Origin: Catajapyx aquilonaris
Lineage: Eukaryota
NCBI GenBank assembly: GCA_000934665.2
Contig: JYFJ02003261.1
Coordinates: forward strand, 1 to 44,431
Direction: 5' to 3'
Length of the DNA: 44,431 bases
A program made the position numbers and the translations under genes. The first letter of the stretch is position 1; the number at the start of each line of letters is the position of its first letter. Shown piece by piece: positions 1-11,083 of this stretch. The notes under the pieces were generated by a model. That model had not been told where the DNA came from and searched no databases. It was given only the letters and a program-made list of their open reading frames with translations.

Positions 1-943
1 GTGGGTCATCGTGGCTCCACGTCCATATATGTTCGGAAGTGTCCAAAGAACAATTCTACCAAGTTTCACGTCTTTGTCACCAAATGCAAGTCCCCTATTC
101 AAACATAAACGCATGTTGTACAGTCTGTCAGATTTGGCAACACCATGATAGTGCCCTCCACCGGGGTGGGTCATCGTCGCCCCACATCCAGATATGCTCG
201 GAAGTGTGCAAAGAACTATATTGTACCGAGTTTCATGTCTTTGCCACCGAATGCAAGCTCCCTATTCACAGAGTTGACTTAGAGAGCCCATTAGATCTGG
301 CAACCCTGCGAGTGACCCCCAGCGGGGTCATCCATAGTGGCCTCACTTCCAGACATGTTCAGTAGTGTCCAACGACCAATTGGGGCGAGTTTCATGTTTT
401 ATCAGTGTTTTATCACCGAATGCAAGGCCCTTATTCATGTAAAGGTGTGCAACACATGTTCGATTTGGCAACTCCGCGATAGTGACCCCTGGTGAGGCCA
501 CCAGGGGTCACCCACCGTGACCCCATGTCCAGATATGTTGAGATGTGTTCAAAGAACTACCGTACCGAGTTTCACGTTTTTATCACCGAATGCAAGCTCC
601 CAATTCACATGATCTTCGCAGAGATGTATGTTTGGTCCGTTAGATCTGGTAACCCTGCAAGTGACCCACAGCGGAGTCAGTCATCATGGCCCCACATCCA
701 GACATGTTCAGAAGTGTCCAAAGACCAATATTGTGGCGAGTTTCATGTTTTTGTCACCCAATACAAGGTCCTAAAAGGATGCTGCATCTGGTAGTTATGG
801 AAACCCTGCGAAATGGACCACCACCGGGGTGGGTCATCGTGGCTCCACGTCCAGATATGATCAGAAGTGTCCAAAGAACAAGTGCACCGAGTTTCATACT
901 TTTGTCACAAAATGCAAAGTTCAACCCCTTAGCACCCGGACTA
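1..943 (+). mobile_element. Right arm of a foldback-type DNA element made of ~165-bp tandem repeats; truncated by the window start
   Basis: The motif gaagtgtccaaag recurs at about 36, 201, 362, 541, 711 and 864. The array ends in cccttagcacccggacta (943), matching the termini of the element at 24341-25964. Confidence 0.85.
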
Positions 944-2259
944 TACCATCTGTATTCAAGTTTTAATATCTCTTTGAGGTTGATTATTTTCCAAAAAAAT
1001 TGTACGTGTACTGTATATGGATGCCAATGTGGTGGCACATTTTGTGAGAGGTACCACTCATGTAAATGAGATTTGCATTTTCATTATTATTTTCAAATCT
1101 CGCTAGACTAATGCACTGACACAGGACTGTAATACAAACCAAATTTATTGCCTTAAATTCGCATAATTTCCATGCTATTCTGCATGATATGGATGATGAT
1201 TGTTACACTCGGAAGCCCAATTGCAAAACTAAGGGCAGACCATTATGGATCAAGGATGTATCTTGCTATTGTTAGGTTCATTGGCGCCAACAATCAAAAA
1301 TAAGGATAAACCTAAAATAATGAATCACAATCAGAATATGGTCTTTTGTTATTCAGGTTTATATCGTGCGCGATGAGGGAATCCTACGAAAGCGTACTAT
1401 GCCGTATCAACGTGTCCGATAAGCATTGTTTCAACATGAATGTAAGTGAACTCGACATGTGACACTTCCCAGAAAAAATAGACCCTTCAGATCTCAGTTG
1501 AACAAGTGAACAAGTGCCACCAGTTTTCTGACTGGGGTTAGCTCGGTTTTGATATCCATGGTTAGATTAAAAATACGTGTCAATTCTCGGCGTCTGTATC
1601 TTTTATTACTTTAGGCATAGAAATGGAAGGGCGCATCATATCCTTGTCCTCGTCGCAAGAACTGTCTTGAGTATACGAAAACAACCATGCCTGAGAAAGC
1701 CAGAATGCTATTGCGCCATATAATATGTAAGTGGTGCTTGATTTTGAAAGTAGCTGGAGAAGCAGGCCTGGCTGGAGGAAGTGGGGTCTCGACCACAAGA
1801 ATTCGAGGGGCACAAGGCAGGCCTATGTAGTATCTTCGACCAAACATGATAAAAATGATGTTAAGTATGGTTTCTTGGCCACTCTTCCAGGCCCTTTGAA
1901 ACTTTTTGTCGACCACCTTCGCTGTAGCAGCTCAAGTTCCAGCATGCATGTAGACCTAGGTAGAGAAAACTATTCCTTGATTTTAACGAACTTATTCAAA
2001 CAACCGAAAAAAAGTTCTCTCCGAAATATTGATATTGTCCTTGGCGTTCTATACTCTCCACTATGGTGTGCAGCAACATCTTAGATTTGCAACGTTTTTC
2101 CAGTGTTATTGTTTTTGTTTTCTCGAGTAAAACCACCATCAGAATAAAATTACGTTATACGTACTTTTCAGACATCTGATGCATTTATACTTTACTGGTG
2201 GCATAAATTCCATCGGTCAAAATTTTATTTCGTGTTAATAATAATAATGAGTTGTTTTA

Positions 2260-2851
2260 TCTGTACACCCGATTAGGATACCCCGTGATAAGCCTCCTTG
2301 GGCTTTTTAGGGGATCGTCTTTTAATTGACCGTCTTTAATCATTGCCTGCTCTGTGATGGATTATGATTGCGGGAGGAAACGGGAGAACCCCGAGAAAAC
2401 CCACGTGAACACGGAGAGAACCCATCGAAACTCTATCCACATAAGCATAATCCGTCCGACCCGGGGATCGAACTCGGGACCTTAGAGGTGGAAGGCTGCG
2501 GCGCTAACCACTCCGCCACCATGTCGCCCTCTTGTACACCCGATTATCCGGGTGCGGATTACCCCTGTTTCGGATTATCCGTGCATGGCTAAAACAAATA
2601 AAAGTCAGATTTTTAAAAAAATATCTCGCAAACAAAGAAATATAACCGACTTTTTCCAGAAGACAAACTAAAAAATTAATGTAAGGAAATATTTCTAATT
2701 TTCACTAAATCTTATTTAAAGCAGAATACGGTACGTACAGTCGTTCATTAAAAACCTGTAGCTAGCTCATTTTACGGTATCTAGGACCATTTTCCGATTA
2801 TCCGGCGACATCCGTGAAGTCATTAGCCCAGTTATAATCGGGAGTACAGTG
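2260..2851. mobile_element. Tigger/pogo-like MITE, interrupted by a SINE in its left TIR
   Basis: Left ctgtacacccgatta(tccg) is inverted relative to right taatcgggagtacagtg, which is followed by TA. Internal gattatcc(g) subterminal repeats are present. Confidence 0.6.
2276..2532 (-). mobile_element. tRNA-derived SINE (copy 1) with V-domain-like core
   Basis: The minus strand has A box TGGCGGAGTGG, B box GTTCGATCC and core GTTCTCTCCGTGTTCACGTGGGTTTTCTCGGGGTTCTCCCGTTTCCTCCC. A 14-bp TSD tgtacacccgatta lies at 2262-2275 and 2533-2546. Homologous to 8989-9295. Confidence 0.92.
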
Positions 2852-3768
2852 TAGTTTCATCTGGTTTAACCTCAAATTTTTGCCTCACTCTGTACCTTGG
2901 AAATGTCAATGGTGATCCGGCTTGCCAGCGAGGTGAAAATCAAACTTTCAATAATAATATATTATAAAAAAATGTACGACCCACTGGATAGCGGGAATTT
3001 TCATGACCAAGCGTTAAAAGACTACAGTCATAAACACAGAAAATTTTCATTCACCGGGAATTTATGAACTAAAAGTAACACAGTTTTTCTTTCCTGTAAA
3101 AATAGACCCTAGTTGGCCTAGTAGCTGAAGTTTAACTGCGATCCCTATTATTGCTTGCCAAATTCTGATAACTTATAGTCTCTATGTATTTCAACAGATG
3201 GATATCGTATGATATAACTAACTCAGTTGCCTGTAATATAATTATTACATAATTATAAGCAAACAATCCTAGGTTTGATTGATGTCCCTAACTTTCACAG
3301 TGGGCGTAATACAATAACAAATAATTGTAACGTGCGCAGTGGAAACCCAGCACACACACACCCCGACTGCAACGGAAAGGTAGAGGCAAAAACATAAAAT
3401 ATAAAATTTTCAGCTCATTCTTCGATTCATTAAAAAAATAAAAAAAATAAAACCAAAAGCGAGCGATGGTTGTAGAGCGATTCGCTTCAAGAGATGTTCT
3501 TGGATAGATCGCAGGTAGAGCAACCGGCAAGGGGTTAACCCAAAGGTTAACCACTACGGTACGCCGCACAGTGGAGCCTTTGACCTGTGAAGGTGGTCAT
3601 AAGTCGAAAGCGTCAAGTGTGTCAAAAAGGAGAAATGGATATTTTCCATGAAAAAGACATAAACGTTCCATCTGATGACAGCCCCATGATACATGTGACC
3701 CTCGGCCACCAGCCGCATGGGCATTTAGAATGTAGTTGTTGTACACCACTCACCTATCTGGCTTGGGC

Positions 3769-3857
3769 GCTCTAGTGCTACGCTCTAGTGCTACGCTTTG
3801 GTACTCCTTGAAGTTGGTACTCCAGTGTACATTTTACGGTCGAGTGGTGAGCCTTGG
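3769..3857 (-). mobile_element. Fragment related to the GGAGTACC-repeat hAT MITE family
   Basis: The reverse complement reads ccactcgaccgtaaaatgtacactggagtaccaacttcaaggagtacc, near-identical to the left subterminal part of 5483-5630 and 42614-42763. It has a different tip and a 13-bp tandem duplication (gctctagtgctac x2). Confidence 0.7.
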
Positions 3858-5482
3858 CAACCGGCCCTAACAAAACATTTACAAAATAATTATGATATTG
3901 CGTGATGCTGGGAAGAATAATGGTCAGCCCTAATATCAATGATTCGATGACTAATGACTTACTGACACAACCATAATTGCATAATAAGCTCGCGTCATCG
4001 GTTCATAGACAGTGCTGCCAACCAAATGTCAAGAGTACAGTAGCACAATATGGCATCATTATGCAAATGAAATACACTGGCCTAGACCTCGTAAAATAAC
4101 AAATGAAGACTAATGTAAACTCCAATAGCTGTTGCAGGTATTTATGGGCAGCTGAATCTGACATGTGCATGATCTACCCATTACCACATAGCAAAGAGTT
4201 ATGTTTTGCCTCCTCATCGTCACAGTATAGTATATTGTACTGTAGTACTGTACATGTTGTTTCATAATAATTCAGAAAAATTTTCAGGGTGAACCCCTGG
4301 GCACTACTGATGTCATTAATAATTTGATAGTCTATGCGAAGCTTCGTTATTCAGATAACTGGCCACTCATCATGTAATATTTATATATGTGTATCCTAGA
4401 ATGTTTGTAACCAGTAGAGTTGCATGACGCTTTGAAATTGAATTTTACTGTGACCGTCCAGTACGTGACAGTCGGTAATTGGAAGTTACCCAATAAAGCG
4501 GGCATTTAAAACGCATTCGCCTATTCACATAACAGAAGCAACGTCCCTATTTCTCCCAAAAATATCTACATAGAGTGCACGTTCGGTACTTCCATCCCTG
4601 CTGGAGTGAGCAGGAAAGTACTAGACTGCACAGACGAGCATGTTCGCCATCAATAGCCTCTCACACAATTCTGAAATTAAAATGTTCTATTCCAGGCGTG
4701 AATGACACTTGATTGTAGCAAAATAATATTTGAACAGATTATGAGCGCAACTGAGGTGTATGTGATTCCATTATTCTTTCTGTTTTCATGTATGTATCCA
4801 AAATTAATAGGTGATTAGATTTTTGTATATTTTTTCTTTCCCAACATTTAACTTTAAAAATTAATATCATAAGGATCGGTGATTATAAGCGTACGAAGGT
4901 ACGAAGAGGAATCACCCTGGTGAAATTCCAAGCCCTACGTTCGTGCTGACTGTGAGAGTCCGGAAACGTTGCGTGGAGCATACATTTTGTGTCGCAGGTC
5001 AAGGTGGCTAATAACCATCAGACCTTGTATTACCTCACTCACCCCACTATCTCACTTGGCTCCGGGAAATAATGATCATTAGGCCCGATTCCGTCCTGAG
5101 GAAATAATTTTGCCAATGGGGATTCCTTTTTAATTTTTGTGATTATCCCCGGCGTGGAAATGCCAGTGATTGAAAAGGGTAGTGTGTCTTCGCCCCTGGG
5201 CAAGCAGTCAGACCGAATACCTGGCCTGCAGGCAGGTATAAATTACCCCGAGGGCGCTTAATGAATCTAGTAATGATGTCCATCACATCGATTGGACTTG
5301 AACCCTTTTGGCCCTTGCATTGCTCGGCCGGAGGGGATTTTTAAATGTATACAAGCTCCCCCCCCCTTCTCCTCTCTCTGTCCATCTCTCTCACACACAC
5401 CCACACCCACAGTACACACAAGCACTTTTCCCCTCTCCCTCCTTCCTCTGATTTAGATGCAGACATTTCCATTGCAACTTGC

Positions 5483-5630
5483 CAAGGGGGTAATCACTCG
5501 ACGGAAAAGTGTACACTGGAGTACCAAATTCAAGGAGTACCACGGAGTAATAAAGAGTGAGGTGCCTGAGGAGTACCAGGGAGTACCACTCCCAGGTGTA
5601 CACCGGAGTACCGAAGTGATTACCCCCTTG
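5483..5630 (+). mobile_element. 148-bp hAT-type MITE (copy 1)
   Basis: TIR caagggggtaatcact / agtgattacccccttg. Perfect 8-bp TSD caacttgc at 5475-5482 and 5631-5638. Multiple internal ggagtacc repeats. Confidence 0.92.
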
Positions 5631-7258
5631 CAACTTGCTTTGCGTGAGGTCCAACCTATACAAAACAAATGACTTGCCACCTGTTGCCAAGGATCACGGT
5701 ACAAATCTGCCGCTAATCTAGGACTTCTTCCGGAAATTATTGCTGATGCAATAATGCAACAAGTGTAAGTAAAATAGTTAAGCAACTACCATATTGTAGG
5801 GTGTTCCAAGGAAACTTTCAGCAATGGTTGGCGACTTTTTTGTCACTAAGGCATGCAGTTGCTCTCGAACAGTTGCTTTTGAGCCAATACATTTTCTCAA
5901 ATCATACGTGCTATTTAGCGCTCTACTTTTGAAAACTTGGGTGTTTCATTACCACCGTGTAACGTTTCTTCAAATAAGTTTAAACAGCAAAGTACCCTTT
6001 GTACAATATCGCACACCCCTTCCATCATTCACAATTAACAGCTGTAGTGCAAAGTTTGGAGCAATTCCAACTTTGCAAATTTTCCAGTTGTTCTTTTCCC
6101 CCCCTCTTTACGTTAAGCTCCCAGGAGTTGTAGTAGCCCTCCCATCTGATGATTCAGGCCTATAGGTCTGAAGGTACCATTAGGAGACAAGCGGGATGAA
6201 TGGGTGGTAAACAGAACTCACGAAGGGGAAGGCAGGGGTGGGAGGATTACCGGTACATTTGGCGAACAAACTTTGTCGTTGAATATTCATTTCCTGGAAG
6301 GTAGATCCTCCCCAGAGCCTCAAGAAATGGGCCAAATACTTACTAGCATCAATTAGGTACCGCAGCAGCCGAATTCTCAACACATGACACGTGGCGAATG
6401 GAAAATGGCAAAAGGTATAGCCCCGTGGTTAATCCTCCGCAAATCTGTTTGCGGCCTGGGCTAAAACAGGTGCGGTCCCCGAAAGTGCGGTTAAGAAGCA
6501 TCCGGTGTCGGATAATTCCAAGCCAAACAAGAGCAGACAAGTTGTGGTTTGGGGGTACAAAGTAGTGCCAATCCCTCGCTTTGCCATCAACTTGTTTCCA
6601 ACTTGTTGGCCACCAGATGTCTCTTTACACGGCATACTTTAAGATTAGGCTTCAACTCAAACTCATGGCCAGGCCCATTAAACTCTGTCCAATCTCATAA
6701 AGGGAGTCGGCTGCACGCAAAAAGTGCGAGAATGGAGCAACAGGTATACACTACGGGATGAAATCTTGAAGACAATCTTGAGATAGACTGGGAATAGTCA
6801 CCCAACAGCAAGGGAGAATAATTCCTTTCTTCCTCCACTGATTGCAAAAATGTACTGTACATACTTACGTTATTATACGTACTGTAGAGTTATCGATTTT
6901 CATACATTTCATACGTATATTCAAGACATACGTAGCCTACGTGCCCTCGGGGAGGGTATTTCTACTCGTTACTTATGAAGCACCCAATGGCAAATTCAGC
7001 ATGGTAACTGCATCCTCGTTATGTGCTTTGTGGAATGTGCTGGGTTATTTTTGGCACATTTGCACACTGCCTACCGACCAAAAGAGCTGCAGAAACCTCT
7101 GTGGAGTCTGACATATCACTAATGCGCCCCGAATCGCCATATCATGGAGGCATGTCCATGCGCATCCTACAACCACAGCATCCGTCACTGTCACCAATGA
7201 TGCATGAGCTACAGGGCTACTGGTCCTTAATTTTGTACAAGTGCGAGAAAGGATAAAA

Positions 7259-7307
7259 ACTCAAAATGAAAATGAGGTCACAGTGTGACCTCATTTTCAT
7301 TTTGAGT
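7259..7307. repeat. Perfect palindrome, 24-bp arms, 1-nt spacer
   Basis: actcaaaatgaaaatgaggtcaca-g-tgtgacctcattttcattttgagt. Confidence 0.95.
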
Positions 7308-7340
7308 ACATTTGAGTACATTTGAGTACATTTTGAGTAC
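7301..7340 (+). repeat. 10-bp tandem repeat (tttgagtaca) x~4
   Basis: Directly visible; it starts in the right arm of the preceding palindrome. Confidence 0.9.
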
Positions 7341-7348
7341 TTGTACAT

Positions 7349-7389
7349 GCCTGGTAACATGGGCGGTGTCACCGCCCATGTTACCAGGC
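7349..7389. repeat. Perfect palindrome, 20-bp arms, 1-nt spacer
   Basis: gcctggtaacatgggcggtg-t-caccgcccatgttaccaggc. Confidence 0.95.
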
Positions 7390-8048
7390 CGCAGAGGAAC
7401 ATGCATTTAACCCGTGTGTATGTTTTGAAAATACAAACCCCTCTGGGATGTATAGCGTTGGGTGATCACGGGGTGCCCAAAGGTTAGCTCAGATCCATAT
7501 AGGTGGAAATCTTGCGCATACTTGTTCGTACCGCCATGGAATAGTATATAACACAACCTTCACTTTGCCATAAAGTAAAACTTCTCGGCTGAAATATGCC
7601 AGGAAAAGCGTTGAAAAAAGTTCGCATTTCTTCTGGAATTCTCGTACTATACTCCGAGACAAAATTACCCTAGTTAATTTTGGCGGTCTAGGCTTAATTA
7701 CTTGGTGAAGCGCATGTTAATTTTTGTCATGGTTACGATAAAAATATCCTTGGGGTCAGGCGACCTGCATGGAAAAGAAAGTTGGGGTGGCATAATCGCA
7801 TGATAATCCTGTCATTATGGTATAATTTATATGGCATGATTGTGATGACACAAAAATTAACATGAGTAGGTTGGTTGTAAATGCCGGTTCTGGCCACTAC
7901 ACTGCACCGGTTCTGGCCACCTTCCTAGTTAAAACTATCATATTAGTGAATCACAAGAAAGCAGTAATTAGTTTTTGAACCGCAGAAGGTGTCAGGAGTG
8001 CAGAAATTAACAATAATTTTGTCACATGTTAGACCCTAGACTCTAGAG

Positions 8049-8537
8049 CAGCGGTTCTCAACCGGGGGGGGGGGGGGGNGGGCGAAGTGGTGGCAAGGGG
8101 GGTGCGGGGCGAATCCAAAAAGTATGTGACTCGAAACAGGCGCAAAAGTCGCACTAATTAAGTAAGAACTACTTCTCAGGGCTTACTGTAGCGTGCAGTT
8201 CTACACAATTTGTGCAGTTCTAAAAGCCAAATGTGCAGTTCTGAATATGGATTTGTGCAGTCAGATAATAGCAGACAATTCTGTTATATCCTGATTCAAC
8301 TGCACTTGTACATTGGCACTGCTGGAAATATGAAGGGACCGATCTTTCTACTTGCTTATATCCGATGTGCTTACACTATAGGAGGATTCCACTTTACTTT
8401 GTCAGTCATTACATTCACCTATGATTGTGTGCCCTTGAACAAAATAAAAAATTCGCCGGCGGCGAGCTTATTTCGTTAGGGCGAAAAAAGAGCGGTACCT
8501 TCCAGGGGGGCGATGTGGTAAAGGTTGAGAACCGCTG
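8049..8537. mobile_element. hAT (Charlie/Buster-like) non-autonomous element
   Basis: Perfect 15-bp TIR cagcggttctcaacc / ggttgagaaccgctg. 8-bp TSD ctctagag (8041-8048) / ctctatag (8538-8545), matching the NTCTAGAN target preference of Charlie/Buster elements. Confidence 0.9.
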
Positions 8538-8988
8538 CTCTATAGAGTAAGCGGTTTGCCTGCCCTGGCCTGGAATCACCAGTCAATGACGGCCACCCCT
8601 CTCGGAACCCCTTACTCCAGGCTGTAACATGTGACAAAGACATGCAGATTTCGTACACAGTATACTTAGACGGCGATGTATTATCATACTGCCGACACCC
8701 TCCGTGGTTCAAAAAGAGATTACCTCAAGCTGCTCAACATTTGTTGCTTCCGTGTATGAGTGGACGCTCTTTATGACCGGGGTGGGGGGTGGGGTGTTCT
8801 GAACAAAGGCACACTGCCACAGGGGCAGGGAATCAAATCTAAATCTGCCAGTGTGTCATAACACACTATAGCAGTACCGCCTTCCTCTTGTGTGTAAGAT
8901 GCCATGAGAAACCCACTCGGAAGTTTGCTATGACTTTGACTCGTTTTCATTTGAATGACCCTTACCCTACACAATACTAACGAAACGG

Positions 8989-9234
8989 AAGGGCGACACG
9001 GTGGCCGAGTGGTTAGCGCCGCAGCCTTCCACCTCTAAGGTCTCGAGTTCGATTCCCGGATCGGACAGTGTATGCTTATGTAGATAGAGTTTCGATAGGT
9101 TCTCTCCGTGTTCGCGTGGGTTTTCTCGGGGGTTCTCCCGTTTTCTCCCACAATCAAAATCCATCACAGCGCAGGCAATGATTAAAGTCGGGTATTTAAA
9201 GATCCCCTAAGAGGCCCAAGGAGGCCTATCTATC

Positions 9235-9295
<61 letters not shown>
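8989..9295 (+). mobile_element. tRNA-derived SINE (copy 2) with V-domain-like core and (ATT)n tail
   Basis: A box TGGCCGAGTGG at 9002-9012 and B box GTTCGATTCC at 9047-9056. Core at ~9099-9150 and (ATT)~20 tail at 9236-9295. Perfect 15-bp TSD atactaacgaaacgg at 8974-8988 and 9296-9310. Confidence 0.95.
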
Positions 9296-9298
<3 letters not shown>

Positions 9299-10942
9299 CT
9301 AACGAAACGGCATTTGCACTAAATCCAAAGAAGTCATAAATTAGTGCCTGAAAGCAGTGGCAGTAGCAACATTGTCGATAAAACTCATGTGACAATGTCA
9401 CAACAGGTGACGACGGCATTAATCTGTCAGTTTGGGAATCAACTAACATAGGTTTTTGGAAAAAATATATGCAGGTGGCCAGAGCCGGTGCAGTGGCTTG
9501 GCCAGAACTGGTATATCTTGCCTTTTTTATATGTAGGCCTATGCTTTTTTTTGAAATCAAAATGTTCAGATGTAATAAAATTATTATGTGTACCAATAGA
9601 TTACCAGTTGAATTGCTACCCTACCGCACCATCAACACATTCATATACCTGCATGAACTTTCAATTATTTAAAGCTATGTATTTTCAAAGTCAAAATTTC
9701 TCTAAAAGTGGCCACAACCTGTACAACCACTAAAGAAAAACTCCTTAAGAAAAGCAAACCAAGATAATCTGTCTAGGAAGAAACTCAAGAGATCTACATG
9801 TAAAAGGACATGCCGACATACCCTGTTCCCGAACAATACTAACAACTTTCTGTAGGGTGAACTCGTGCGCATCCGTGGATCATGTTGTAGTTTACAATAT
9901 GGAGGTGTCATTTACTCATTTGGTCATCCCTACAGACCGGTACTTTGTAAATTTAACTGTGCAGCTGAAAATGCTCCCGTGGTTAACAGAAAACCGTCGA
10001 AAAAACAAGCAATACGAACCCTGGGGGGCGTAACACGAGGCCCTAACTGTACCCTAATTCGGAGCAGTAAACAGTCGAGCCTGTGAAGTCCAGCATCAGA
10101 AGTGTCTACAAGCTTTCCACCGCACATAAAGCGGTATCACGTTACAAAGGCCCCGACTATAACTGGAGCGAAGGCCAAATCGGACTACGGGAACCGTATT
10201 GATCTTATTCGCACCCAAACTACCGGGTATCGCCAAGTCGGATCTGATTCGACTCCACATTTTGCATCCGATACTCGTGACCGGTATGAAGGTCTTGGAA
10301 GAGCAAAAAAATATCTGTAGTTGGAACAGTGGATAGGCAAGGCGCAATATGGCCACCCCTGGAGCAAATAGACCGTAGGATAATGGCGTCCGGAAAATTT
10401 TGCATCCAAAAAGAGTGTCCTTGAAAGAAACAGAAGGTTTGCTTTATTGAAGGAGTCTCTCGAAAGGAATAGATGGAATTGGATCATGGGTTACAATTGC
10501 GATTCCCCCAAGCGAACACTTTTGCATGGTGGGTACGTTTTTCGTCAAGATTTGCATCCAATTTCTACAACAGGTTCTCATCGGCAAGGTTGTGTACAGA
10601 GCGTGGTTCTGGGTTGAAACGAAAGTTGTGCCAAGATTTTCAAGGTGTACACACCGTTTTGCAAAGCAAACGCGTCTTGGCAGCAAATTAACTTCCCGTC
10701 TCATCAGCAGAACGTCACAAGAGTGGTTTGCGCAGAAAATGCCATCGGCAGTCACAAAATGGACACGTAACTATACATTATATTGGTCTCTACACTCAAT
10801 TCGCTGTCGATCAAAAGACATGTCTCAAATCCATAATTATATAGACACACACAGTATATATTGATGCTTTCGCCTAATAGATACTGCTTCAAGTCTAGAT
10901 AAATACTGAGAGACGCACGGCCCGCTACTATAAAAATCTTAC

Positions 10943-11083
10943 CTGGATAATCCTGAGGATGAGTGTGGTGTTTTCAAAGTCGTACTCGAGACTGAAGTGG
11001 ATCGTTCCAACTGCTTCAGATGGCTCAGAAGTGTCCACGTACATGTCCACCAGGGAGATAGAGCGGCTCTGGAAGAACGCCAT
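10943..11083 (-). CDS. Syt7: Synaptotagmin-7 internal coding exon (end of linker and start of C2A), 141 nt, phase 0/0
   Basis: Translates to MAFFQSRSISLVDMYVDTSEPSEAVGTIHFSLEYDFENTTLILRIIQ, matching recalled arthropod Syt7 (DMYxDxxxPSENVGQIHFSLEYDFQNTTLIL). It has a long pyrimidine tract with acceptor ccgacag and donor CAG|gtaaga. Confidence 0.93.

Larger units (their letters stand above)
7868..9523. mobile_element. Non-autonomous TIR element (pogo-like) hosting a nested hAT and a SINE
   Basis: Left gccggttctggccactacactgcaccggttctggccacct is inverted relative to right aggtggccagagccggtgcagtggcttggccagaactggt (about 50 bp, two direct repeats per TIR). The outer ends are degenerate, so boundaries are approximate. 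Confidence 0.65.

Noticed and set aside
39..1069. ORFs 39-365, 492-794, 686-1069 and similar ones at 24610-25187 with repeated EFHVF..CK peptides
   Set aside because: They are translations of the 165-bp repeat; frames are not preserved between units or copies.
1580..2100. Possible piggyBac/pogo transposase relic on the minus strand (YQYFGENFFS, cf. LYFDNFFTS)
   Set aside because: Single weak motif with no TIR or TTAA support; needs a profile search.
8991..9062. tRNA gene (also 2458-2530 on the minus strand)
   Set aside because: A and B boxes are present, but there is no proper acceptor stem and the sequence continues into a shared SINE body with TSDs.
944..10942. Search for the next Syt7 exon (GKDLPAKDxSGTSDPYV...)
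   Set aside because: Not found by eye on the minus strand. It is probably beyond the window start; tBLASTn would be decisive.
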